Shown here: positions 10,075 to 18,297 of the stretch, one piece after another
Layout: each line of letters starts with the position of its first letter
Position numbering within the stretch: the stretch's first letter is position 1
From: an uncultured Verrucomicrobiota bacterium
GTDB taxonomy: Bacteria > Verrucomicrobiota > Verrucomicrobiia > Limisphaerales > UBA8199
Assembly (NCBI GenBank): GCA_942493075.1
Contig: OW818681.1
Coordinates: 4,156,964 to 4,188,963 of the forward strand
DNA length: 32,000 nucleotides
Direction of reading: 5' to 3'
Made by a program: the position numbers and the translations under genes
Notes under the pieces: generated by a model
What the model was told of the DNA's origin: nothing
What the model saw: the letters and a program-made list of their open reading frames with translations, nothing else
The model's database searches: none

Positions 10075-10254
10075 TCACAACCGATCTTCAGGTGAATCTG
10101 CGTATTGCACCGGCAACGCCACGCCCTTATGACAGGCAGACAGAAGTCCAGATTCTGCGCCAAACCTATGCAATTCTCGTTTGAATGGCCAGATACCGTG
10201 AAAAGAGATGTTTGACAGTGAGTTGGTCTTGAGTGGGTATGTGGTTGGGTTCAT
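10075..10254 (-). pseudogene. 59-aa ORF resembling the C-terminal tail of the adjacent HerA-like ATPase; possible herA remnant or micro-protein
   Basis: Manual translation gives MNPTTYPLKTNSLSNISFHGIWPFKRELHRFGAESGLLSACHKGVALPVQYADSPEDRL. Compare the HerA tail ...SNDIFPFKRELQVMGIGQAILSASYKGVPLPVQIPEF. ATG at 10254 overlaps the preceding ORF's TGA (ATGA). Confidence 0.5.
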
Positions 10255-10469
10255 TTATTCTTGAGGAATCCCGTAGGAACATACTTGCGCAGGTACTGGC
10301 GGTAGAGAGTTTTGAAGCGTTCTTGCGAACAAGAAAACTTGAGTGTAACCCGCAAGTGTTTTAGAAGGGCAGTGGGCGTCTTTAGGTTCGGACCGTAATG
10401 GTCAATCAGAAAGGCCATGACTTGGTGGTCCTCGAGCGATCGAGGATTGTGTCTGGTATTCGCTTTCAT
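10251..10469 (-). CDS. Small uncharacterised protein, 72 aa from ATG at 10469 (ORF extends to 10559)
   Basis: MKANTRHNPRSLEDHQVMAFLIDHYGPNLKTPTALLKHLRVTLKFSCSQERFKTLYRQYLRKYVPTGFLKNK. Lies between herA and the 621-aa gene in the same orientation. Confidence 0.45.
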   Translation of the reverse strand: MKANTRHNPRSLEDHQVMAFLIDHYGPNLKTPTALLKHLRVTLKFSCSQERFKTLYRQYLRKYVPTGFLKNK

Positions 10470-10564
10470 GGCTTTCAGAAGGAAAGAACGACAGCACGAC
10501 TGAGCCTGCTTTCGTGAGTGATGAGGGCGTCTTACCTTGGCTGTACCTCTACTTCGCATAAATG

Positions 10565-12355
10565 TCAGAATTCCGGAATTTGCACAGGCAACGGCACGCC
10601 CTTGTAGCTCGCCGAAAGTATGGCCTGACCGATCCCCATGACCTGCAATTCCCGCTTGAACGGGAAGATGTCGTTGCTGGCCGTGTGGACAGCGGCCTGG
10701 CGTTCGTCCTCGTTGCCGAGGGCCATGGTAATCTCCGTGTTGATCTGGCTGAGGATGCCTTGGTCAATTTCGGTGACCTGCTGCGAAACGACAGTGAGGC
10801 CGAGGCCGAACTTCCGGCCCTGGCGGGAGATGTCGCGGAAGACGGAACCGAATTTCATCCGGGCCGGATTCAAAATGGAGGGAGCTTCCTCGATGATGAT
10901 ATTGACGGCAGGAAGATCGTTGATGTTCCGCAACGTGCCGTCCGGCCCACGGTAAGGTGAATCCGGCGCGGACAACCGTTCCTTCAGGATGTTTTTCAGG
11001 GTGTCCTGCAGGGGAATATGGCGGTCAATCTCACCTGGTTGGCCGTTTGCGCCGACGAAACTTGGCCAGTCACGCGCGCTCTTGAGAGCCTTGCGAAGCG
11101 CAAAGATGGTGCGGGCAACGACGGTGGTCAGCAGAAACTGTTCGGTCTCGGTCATCAGAGACGTATCCACATCCAGCACCCGCCCACGTTCTAGTGCGAG
11201 GACGATGTCCGCCAACGAGGAACTGTATTGCTGGGCGTTGGGGACAAGGTTGGACCGGTTGCCGCTCAGGAAACCCAACCGGCGGTTGATGCCTGCCAGT
11301 GAGGTTTTGTGAATCACGTTGTCATCAGCGACGACATCGCCATTGAGCACACCGGAGATCCAGTTCTCACCCTGCATATCGCCTATGATCTCGGCGGCAG
11401 CAGACATGATATCGGTGAACTCCATGATGGAGATGATATCCTGCGGGGTGATGTCGCGCCGGTGGAGGCGAACGCGACGGCCGTGGGTGCCGATGACGGT
11501 ATCGGCCTGGATGGCGGTTTCATCACGACAGGAAAGGTAGAAGAAGGGTTCGACAAGGCCGGTGCGTTGCTCGGGGTTCATAGCCGCCACGATGCGGGTA
11601 ATGCCGCCGGGGGAACCGGGTTTCCATTTGGCGAACTCATCGTGCGGGTCCACGGCGAACAGTGAAACCAAACGGTCCTTGGGTCCCCACTGAGCGCGGG
11701 CCGTGCCGAACAGGCGGAGGTTATTGGCGTAGATGCTATCAATGAGCACCATGAGGTTGTTGCTCTTGCCCGTACCCGTCCGACCAAAGATGCCAAGGTG
11801 GTGCGCGAAGTATTCGCCGGGAATTGAGATCCTGACAGTGGACAAGGAATGCTCGCCAGCTAGGAGATTGCCGATGAAAACACCCGTGCCGAGTTGGGAT
11901 TGCAGGATAGCGGCGAGGCAGAGCTCCTGGCGTTGGGCGGCCTGCGGGCCGCCGAAACCAACCTTGTAAACTTTGGTGAGGTGGGCCGGAAGTTTGCGCG
12001 GCGTGCGGAAATGCCAACGGCCGTTTTCATCCACTTCGGCATAGCCAAGCAGAGAACCGGTAAGGCGAAGCAATTTATCGCGGTCGAAGTCATCCGCGTA
12101 AAAGGCATCGGCGAGAGAAATCTCGTTCTTGGCCATGAAGTCCATGTCCTCATCGCGGCGAAGGACGTTGGCGTATTCCGTCATGCGGAACAGGTAAACG
12201 CGGTCGCCGCCACGGTCGGACGGGATGAGAAAAAGGTCGCCGATAGAGGTATCGAGGTTGCGGGCGAATACCGTTATCTGGGTGGTAGAAGCCATGGCCA
12301 GCACGCCGAAAAACTGGTCCTGCGCCAACGTTTGGGTGAGTTCCTGGTAGGTCAT
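10565..12355 (-). CDS. herA: HerA-like ATPase/translocase (HerA/FtsK superfamily), 596 aa
   Basis: HLGIFGRTGTGKSNNLMVLIDS (Walker A), VNIIIEEAPSILNP (Walker B with EE), GLGLTVVSQQVTEIDQGILSQINTEITM, N-terminal HAS-barrel-like region. Directly downstream of a NurA-like gene. Confidence 0.92.
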   Translation of the reverse strand: MTYQELTQTLAQDQFFGVLAMASTTQITVFARNLDTSIGDLFLIPSDRGGDRVYLFRMTEYANVLRRDEDMDFMAKNEISLADAFYADDFDRDKLLRLTGSLLGYAEVDENGRWHFRTPRKLPAHLTKVYKVGFGGPQAAQRQELCLAAILQSQLGTGVFIGNLLAGEHSLSTVRISIPGEYFAHHLGIFGRTGTGKSNNLMVLIDSIYANNLRLFGTARAQWGPKDRLVSLFAVDPHDEFAKWKPGSPGGITRIVAAMNPEQRTGLVEPFFYLSCRDETAIQADTVIGTHGRRVRLHRRDITPQDIISIMEFTDIMSAAAEIIGDMQGENWISGVLNGDVVADDNVIHKTSLAGINRRLGFLSGNRSNLVPNAQQYSSSLADIVLALERGRVLDVDTSLMTETEQFLLTTVVARTIFALRKALKSARDWPSFVGANGQPGEIDRHIPLQDTLKNILKERLSAPDSPYRGPDGTLRNINDLPAVNIIIEEAPSILNPARMKFGSVFRDISRQGRKFGLGLTVVSQQVTEIDQGILSQINTEITMALGNEDERQAAVHTASNDIFPFKRELQVMGIGQAILSASYKGVPLPVQIPEF

Positions 12356-12358
12356 ATT

Positions 12359-13549
12359 CTAGATGCCAGTCATGTGAACCTGCTCGGGGTCTTCGAGAAA
12401 TGCGCCCCGCAGCAACCCTTCCTGCTGGGCGTACTGAAGGAGCAAATCGCGAGCGGTTTTGCGCTCCTGTTTGGTGAGGCTGGCGCGCCGATGGGCGGCG
12501 TGCATGGGATACGGGTAACCGTAACTGCGCACCTCATGACAGGTGAAGTCCAGCTCCTCAAAGAACCGTGCTTCTTTTTCATCGTCGCCGGCCAAATGGG
12601 TCTGCCACCAGGCAGCGTCCACGTCCACGCGCATGGGAAAGGCCGTGGCCTCGAACTTGAACAGGTAAGACACACTGAGTTTGGGTGGGATTTCCCGGTC
12701 TTTGAGGAAAGAGAGGGGCGTGTCACCTAAGGCCTCGGAGGGGAGACGCAAAAACCAGTGCGATTTGAGACCGTGTTTATCGCGGGCCAGCCGACCGATG
12801 AAATCGCCGTTGGGGATGTTGTGTGATTTGCACAACGCGACGATGCCGGTGTTTTGTTCGTTCGCCTTGGTGATCAGGTAGCGCTTCAAGAGTTCAGGCA
12901 GATAAGGGGAATCGCCGAGAAGGAAATAGACCAAGGACGTATCCATGATCAGATACCTGGGTTTCTGCTGAAGGAGATGAATGGCCATACCCAATTCCGC
13001 CAGCGAACGGAGGAGGTAAGCGTGCGTCGCAACCTGCGAAGCATGAGAGATGGCGAAGTTGGCCCAAGTCACCTGCGACGGCTTGAGCGACTTGCCAAAC
13101 TGAGAGTAAACGGCGCAATAGTCCGACTCTTTGACCAATTCTTCTAGGCCCAGTCCGACGAGCGACTCTAAAAATGTTTTGTAAGCATCGGTCAACGCCT
13201 TGGGTTGATCCTGCAAAACAATGTGGCGTTTCAGCAGTGGCCCAAGACCACCCACCGCCGCCATCTTGCTTTGACGGGCACTCTGGGTATCGTAGGTGAC
13301 GCCGGCCGCGGTGGCGAAATGAACGAACACATCATCTTGTTGGATGATGGGGAACTCTCCTGAACCATCCACGGCACAAATGCGAAAATCCTGATCGAGG
13401 GTCGTGGTGTGCCGATACGGTCGGATGCGCTGAGCAAGAGTGTTGATCTCCTTATCCGTGGGTTTTGCGCCCTCGATGGCTCGCTTGAACTGCAGAATTG
13501 CTGCTCGCGAGGAGTCCAGCAAAGCCCGGTCTAGGAGGTCGAAGTCCAT
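12359..13549 (-). CDS. nurA: NurA-domain nuclease-like protein, 396 aa
   Basis: FRICAVDGSGEFPIIQQDDVFVHFATAAGV matches the NurA VDGSG motif. YLIMDTSLVYFL and adjacency to HerA support the call. The gap to the HerA start is 3 bp. Confidence 0.8.
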   Translation of the reverse strand: MDFDLLDRALLDSSRAAILQFKRAIEGAKPTDKEINTLAQRIRPYRHTTTLDQDFRICAVDGSGEFPIIQQDDVFVHFATAAGVTYDTQSARQSKMAAVGGLGPLLKRHIVLQDQPKALTDAYKTFLESLVGLGLEELVKESDYCAVYSQFGKSLKPSQVTWANFAISHASQVATHAYLLRSLAELGMAIHLLQQKPRYLIMDTSLVYFLLGDSPYLPELLKRYLITKANEQNTGIVALCKSHNIPNGDFIGRLARDKHGLKSHWFLRLPSEALGDTPLSFLKDREIPPKLSVSYLFKFEATAFPMRVDVDAAWWQTHLAGDDEKEARFFEELDFTCHEVRSYGYPYPMHAAHRRASLTKQERKTARDLLLQYAQQEGLLRGAFLEDPEQVHMTGI

Positions 13550-13559
13550 GATTACATGC

Positions 13560-15776
13560 TCAGTTTGGTGTTCCTGTGAGTTTGCTGAAAAGTCGGAAGA
13601 ACCACCAGGTATTGTGAAACCCCCTCCGCCGGTTGCGATTGTTGCGGCGGAAGATCACAACGTCGATACCGGTGGATTTGCAAACGGCGCAGGGACAATT
13701 GCGCCAGGGTGCATCTTCAAGAAGGCGGCGATAATGAGGCTCGTTGCGAGGGTCGCCCCCCATGAGTTGGTCATATGCGACCACCTGTTTGAGGGTCGAG
13801 TCGATGTCGAGTTTGCCTTGATCAAAAGCGCGTAACGCCTGAAGTGATTTCTGCTCCTCCTTGCGCAGTCGTTCGAGGGTCCACCCTTTCTGAGTTAACT
13901 TGGATGCCTTGGCCGTGAACGAATCGCCACCCTCGCGTTGGAGTGGAGGCACGCGAAGTGCCGCGTAACGCCATTTCTCCTCCAACTCTGCTTCTTCGCC
14001 ATTGCTGGTTTTGGGATTGAGCGTGGCGATAAACCGGTCCACGTCACCAACGTAGTAGTTTGAAGTGGCAGACAACCACGCCTGGCGGAGAAAACGAGCG
14101 CTATCAATGCTGTTCACCCCGGCATCAGAAAAGGCCGTGATGGCTTCAGGGCGGGCGACGCCGAAAAGGTGAATTTGAACGCCCGGTTTACGAATACGAT
14201 TTACGCCTTCGAGCACCGAAAGGATCTCGGTTGTCTTCGAGCGGACCAATCCGCCAAGAGCAATGTATTTGTATCCCATGTCCTGCTGCTGCTTGAACAT
14301 CTCGACTTGGGATTCGACGTCGTATCCCTGACAGCCAGCTATCGGAGTAAAATTGGATCCGCGCTTTTTGTGGGATTGGATAAAATCTTTGGCGTTATCG
14401 AGCGTGATTTTCCAGCGGCGCTTGCCTTCTGTTAAGTCATCTTCCTCATACGCTGCGAGGTGGTCGCGTTTCTCAAATAGGTCACGCGGATAGGTCCGCC
14501 CCTTGACCAAAGGGAGGCCTTCTTTCGTCAGACGTTCGAACTCATCTTTGCTGATGCGCTCTTCGCCACCGCCGGGTTTGAGGATGGCATAGACGGGGCG
14601 ACTCAGATGGGCGGGAATGATAAGGTGATCGATGGAGACGCCGTAGTCGAAATCCAATGATTCATAAAAATCCAATGTCTCCTCGGTCTCGTAGGGCGGG
14701 ACTTCCTCATCAATATAGTTGAATGCGCCACAATCGCCCATGACCGGGAAGTTGCGAGGCACGCGCACATGACGATGGATGCCAATCTTGCGGATGCGCT
14801 CTTTCTTGGTCTGATTATCTTCGATGACAGACTTGCTTACGAGAATGCCATCGTAGTTGGGCGATGGATAAATTTCATGGGCGTAAACATCATGAACGTA
14901 GGGGTCGCGGCCCTCTGTGATGCCGTCGCAGAGAAAATCATAATCCGGATCAACGCGGTCATCCCACTCGGGAATGAAGTATTTCATCCGAGCCTTGGGG
15001 CGGGGAGTGAAGAAGGTGAAGCGCTGGCGCTCCTGCTCCACCAGGTGTGGCGCTTTGGAGGTTTTGACAGATTCGCTTTTGGGTTGATCGAAAAACGCGA
15101 GGACATCGGTAGCCGGGTCGCGCAACTTCTGGGGCAAGTGCGGATCTCCAGCGAGCAACTTCAACAGGCGCGCCGCGAGTTCGCCTTTGAGCCCAACCAG
15201 CCCGCAGGAAAAGCGTTTGGCCTCCGGGTTGGAGAGGGTGACGACGCGGAGGTTGGGCAAGCGCGGAATCTTCTTGGCCGGTCCCTGACCGCAGAATAAA
15301 AGGGTGAGGCCACCGAACTTCACACTGGCATCGAGTTGGCAGGCTTGCAGGTAATTGTCGCCGAGCAAGATCAGTCCCAGATCGTAGGCCTGTGCGACGG
15401 TGTTTCGGAAATCCTGCGGGATATTGAGGGTATCGGCCCAGGAGCGGATCTCTTTGCTCCCCATGGTGGCAAAGGTGCACTCGTAGGGGGCGATCTTGCG
15501 ATTCTCGGGGATTAGGCCGTAGCCGGCGCTGAGAATGAAGAGTTGATGGTTGATTGTTGAGAGTTGAGAGACAGAACTGAGAGACTGGATGCCGCGCATG
15601 AGGCGGACGTGCTGCTCACCAGAGTACAGTTGCCCTGCGGGGGTCAGAAACTGCTTAAGTTCCCGTTCCTTTTGCCGCACGTGCGCAGGTCCCTTCTGAA
15701 AATCCGCGAGGCTGATGGAATTCTCAGGCGCATGGACCTTTTCGCCTGTGCAGGATGTAATGATTAGTAGCCTCAT
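13560..15776 (-). CDS. dpdA: DpdA-like (tRNA-guanine transglycosylase superfamily) 7-deazaguanine DNA transglycosylase candidate with N-terminal DUF6884/YaaA-like domain
   Basis: N-term MRLLIITSCTGEKV...LYSG...FILSAGYGLIPENRKIAPYECTF. The TGT-like core has FPVMGDCGAFNY (cf. SDSGGFQ), YKYIALGGLVRSKT (cf. GGL(A/S)xGE), GVNSIDSARFLRQAW (candidate nucleophile Asp), and a zinc-like cluster WRNCPCAVC...RRRGFHN (CxCxxC...H). The ORF extends to a TTG at 15785; ATG at 15776 is preferred. Confidence 0.85.
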   Translation of the reverse strand: MRLLIITSCTGEKVHAPENSISLADFQKGPAHVRQKERELKQFLTPAGQLYSGEQHVRLMRGIQSLSSVSQLSTINHQLFILSAGYGLIPENRKIAPYECTFATMGSKEIRSWADTLNIPQDFRNTVAQAYDLGLILLGDNYLQACQLDASVKFGGLTLLFCGQGPAKKIPRLPNLRVVTLSNPEAKRFSCGLVGLKGELAARLLKLLAGDPHLPQKLRDPATDVLAFFDQPKSESVKTSKAPHLVEQERQRFTFFTPRPKARMKYFIPEWDDRVDPDYDFLCDGITEGRDPYVHDVYAHEIYPSPNYDGILVSKSVIEDNQTKKERIRKIGIHRHVRVPRNFPVMGDCGAFNYIDEEVPPYETEETLDFYESLDFDYGVSIDHLIIPAHLSRPVYAILKPGGGEERISKDEFERLTKEGLPLVKGRTYPRDLFEKRDHLAAYEEDDLTEGKRRWKITLDNAKDFIQSHKKRGSNFTPIAGCQGYDVESQVEMFKQQQDMGYKYIALGGLVRSKTTEILSVLEGVNRIRKPGVQIHLFGVARPEAITAFSDAGVNSIDSARFLRQAWLSATSNYYVGDVDRFIATLNPKTSNGEEAELEEKWRYAALRVPPLQREGGDSFTAKASKLTQKGWTLERLRKEEQKSLQALRAFDQGKLDIDSTLKQVVAYDQLMGGDPRNEPHYRRLLEDAPWRNCPCAVCKSTGIDVVIFRRNNRNRRRGFHNTWWFFRLFSKLTGTPN
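15541..15590 (-). repeat. Degenerate TTGA(G/A)AGT-type heptad repeat inside the dpdA-like gene
   Basis: agttgatggttgattgttgagagttgagagacagaactgagagactggat, read in frame as IQSLSSVSQLSTINHQL. Confidence 0.7.
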
Positions 15777-15991
15777 GAACAACAAAACAACACATTCTCA
15801 AGAACTTAGAGTTACATAGAGTATTTGTGCAGGAGGCACAAGGATAAGCGGGCGAAGACCCGTAAAACTAGTTAACCGAAACAAGGATGATTAAGGAAGC
15901 TGGTTGGAGATCGCAAGGAGAATAGAATCGTTTGCTGACATTCACCTACCAGAATGGCCCGACAACGACGAAATAGAAGAAACAAATGCGT

Positions 15992-16663
15992 CTAGGGCTG
16001 TAGAAGCTTATTTTGGTCCAAAAGTTTCTGCAAAATGCGAGTTGCTAACTCGGTAGCAGGATCAAACGAACACGGCAGGGTTCCCGCAGCGGCGCAACCC
16101 GCAACGTCCTCGGGGCGGTAGCGAACCCCACCATTCTTTTGCAGCCGCTGGACGTGCTCTTCAGAGACCCCATCTTGCAGGAGTGCTTCGCATATGGATT
16201 TAACCCATTCCGCGTCACCCTCTCTTTCTGCGGGCCAATCTTGGAGAACTGCCAGATCAATTCCGGCATATCTGAACACCGCCAAAACGAACGTTGCACA
16301 TGTAAGACCGACTCCGGTGTCACCCAAGAGCCACCGTCCGGTTTCATCATCGAAGCAGTCGGATGGCGCGCTGAAGCCGTAAGGCATACCAGCGCGATTG
16401 GCTTTAAGAACCTGACGACAGCGGACGGCTACTTGCAGAGCCCTTACTGTGTGGATTGGGGGATCTACCCAAAGGTAATGTGGCTTGGGATTCCGCTCAC
16501 GGAGGTCATGATGCCATGCCAAGTCAGCAAGTTTGATCTCATCCTTTAAATCTGTTTGGAACAGGATTCCTAAATGCTGCTGGCCATTTCCCATTAAGGC
16601 AATGGCTACTGCAGCATTCCGAATCTCATTAAATCCACGCTCCTCCTGTGAGTAGACCCGCAT
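15992..16663 (-). CDS. Uncharacterised 223-aa protein, possible cysteine-hydrolase (NlpC/P60 or YiiX-like) fold
   Basis: PYGFSAPSDCFDDETGRWLLGDTGVGLTCATFVLAVFRYAGIDL resembles a Cys active-site helix ([D/N/T]C[S/T/A]xFV), followed by VRYRPEDVAG. Weak motif evidence only. Confidence 0.5.
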   Translation of the reverse strand: MRVYSQEERGFNEIRNAAVAIALMGNGQQHLGILFQTDLKDEIKLADLAWHHDLRERNPKPHYLWVDPPIHTVRALQVAVRCRQVLKANRAGMPYGFSAPSDCFDDETGRWLLGDTGVGLTCATFVLAVFRYAGIDLAVLQDWPAEREGDAEWVKSICEALLQDGVSEEHVQRLQKNGGVRYRPEDVAGCAAAGTLPCSFDPATELATRILQKLLDQNKLLQP

Positions 16664-16687
16664 TTTGCTTGATACTCCTGTGCTGGC

Positions 16688-17362
16688 CTAGGGCTCAAGC
16701 CCTGTGAGCAAATCATCATCCCACTCCCTGCGCTCTTTGATGAGAGACTCAGCTTGCCGGAACAAGTGCGCGCGCGATGGCAGCTTCGATTTTGCGGGTA
16801 GCGTCGCGGTCAACAAACCCACAAGCAAGTTGGTGGAGAGTGTAGCATAATTCGTGTTTGCAACTATAGAATCCACGTCGGCAAATCGACCCCTACGAAA
16901 GAATTGATCTATGCGTTCATAAAGCAGGTCCAAAGCCGCATGCACGCGACCCTGTTTGTCTAGCCTGATCATCGGCTCAAAGAACTGGCTCCCTGAACGG
17001 TCCGGCGTTTCCGTGCAAACCATCGAGCGCTTAGGTAAATACCTGCGCTCGTACCCCAACTCCAAGAGGCGTGAGGCGTGGAAAATGTTGTGAGACAATT
17101 GTTTTGCGCAGAAGCCGAAGTCTTCATCCTTGGTGAAGACCTCAAAGACATCTTCATCTGGGAGTGCGCAAGTGCAAAATTGGGAGAAAACAGATAGGTA
17201 ATTCTCCTTAGCGGCCTGCTGTTGACGTCCCGGATTTAAGAAAACGACACGGCCAGTGGGTTGTGTTTCTCCGGAACGAGTTCTTCTGGTGGAATCCCGC
17301 CAGAGATCTTTGACAGACAAAGGAAAAAATTCTCTTGTGTAAGATATCGGAACCTCATTCAT
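16688..17362 (-). CDS. Conserved-looking uncharacterised protein, 224 aa from ATG at 17362
   Basis: MNEVPISYTREFFPLSVKDLWRDSTRRTRS... with GGAGG (cctcc at 17373-17377) about 11 nt upstream. Tightly packed with the flanking genes. Confidence 0.65.
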   Translation of the reverse strand: MNEVPISYTREFFPLSVKDLWRDSTRRTRSGETQPTGRVVFLNPGRQQQAAKENYLSVFSQFCTCALPDEDVFEVFTKDEDFGFCAKQLSHNIFHASRLLELGYERRYLPKRSMVCTETPDRSGSQFFEPMIRLDKQGRVHAALDLLYERIDQFFRRGRFADVDSIVANTNYATLSTNLLVGLLTATLPAKSKLPSRAHLFRQAESLIKERREWDDDLLTGLEP

Positions 17363-18053
17363 TGTTACCTTGCCTCCCTGGAATAATTGTTGGGATTTTT
17401 GCCTTAGCTTGGAGTTCACTCTGAGCAGTCCTCGATTTAAGCATTGCGCGCTCGCACTGCTTCATGAGGAGCTGGATGTCATCCTCGTCAATCGAGAGGC
17501 TGAGGACGTGGTCTCCTTGGGGGTCGTCGTAACGGACAATGAGCGTGTGCGAAATGACCGTGCCACGCAGCTGTGTGGCGTCGTCACTGAATACAGGACG
17601 GATATCAGTGAGAATGCGGGCGCGCTGGAGGAGTTCAGCATGCTCATACGAAAGATCGAGGGCTTTGGCTGAGAGATAAATAATCTCTGAGTTGAAGAGG
17701 TTCTTAACTTCTCGCTCTACACCTTTCCAAGCCTCAAATTGCTCGTGTGTCCAACCAGACTCAGACGGGTCCAACGCAAGTCGGAGAGCGCCGAAAATCT
17801 GATTAGGGTTGATATTCAGATTCCTTAGCACCCCGTGCAGTGCTAGCAATTGGCGAAGGATGGGCTCACTTGCAGACCCCGAGGCGGGCCCTAGAGCAGC
17901 GGCGATCGCCTCCTGCAGTTTACCGGGCGAAACTGGCTCTTGAGGCAAGCTGTTGAGGTGTTGAGTCAGCCTTTGGACGGTTTCTGAGCCAAGTTCAGAA
18001 ATCAATGCCAAATCGGCCTTATGCTGCGCTTGCAGCCTAATCTGGGGTTCCAT
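17355..18053 (-). CDS. Uncharacterised protein, 232 aa; likely first gene of the dpdA-herA-helicase operon
   Basis: Intact ORF MEPQIRLQAQHKADLALISELGSETVQRL...TVISHTLIVRYDDPQGDHVLSLSIDEDDIQLLMKQCERAMLKSRT. It overlaps the next start. A 244-bp intergenic gap lies upstream. Confidence 0.65.
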   Translation of the reverse strand: MEPQIRLQAQHKADLALISELGSETVQRLTQHLNSLPQEPVSPGKLQEAIAAALGPASGSASEPILRQLLALHGVLRNLNINPNQIFGALRLALDPSESGWTHEQFEAWKGVEREVKNLFNSEIIYLSAKALDLSYEHAELLQRARILTDIRPVFSDDATQLRGTVISHTLIVRYDDPQGDHVLSLSIDEDDIQLLMKQCERAMLKSRTAQSELQAKAKIPTIIPGRQGNNE

Positions 18054-18083
18054 GTCAGTTATTAAGCATGTCGGTTTAGCCGG

Positions 18084-18111
18084 ATATTACAGTTATTGCG
18101 ACTTCACGCAA
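18084..18111 (-). promoter_or_regulatory. Candidate sigma-70-like promoter upstream of the 232-aa gene
   Basis: Minus strand reads TTGCGT-(16 nt)-TAATAT in the 244-bp gap. A weak match to the consensus, read by eye. Confidence 0.25.
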
Positions 18112-18297
18112 GAGCATGCATGATTTTTCAGAGAACTGCTCTAAATGACCAACAGACAGCTTCATCTCTCGTCAGTTAAGTATTTGGCATAAAGAAAGTC
18201 AAGGCCCTGAAGTTGACCGCCCCAGAGCGAAATTCAAGCTCATTTCCGCACTTTCATACGTAATCGTGGCTCATGAACCGGCTTTGTCAATCCGAGT

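Noticed and set aside
11894-12730. 278-aa plus-strand ORF antisense to the herA/nurA junction
   Set aside because: It is antisense to two genes with clear motifs, and the translation shows no domain. It mirrors their codon structure.
15786-15991. Possible small gene or ncRNA in the 206-bp gap upstream of the dpdA-like gene
   Set aside because: I found no ORF above the threshold and no convincing structure beyond a weak gcggg/cccg pairing. It needs RNA-seq to say more.
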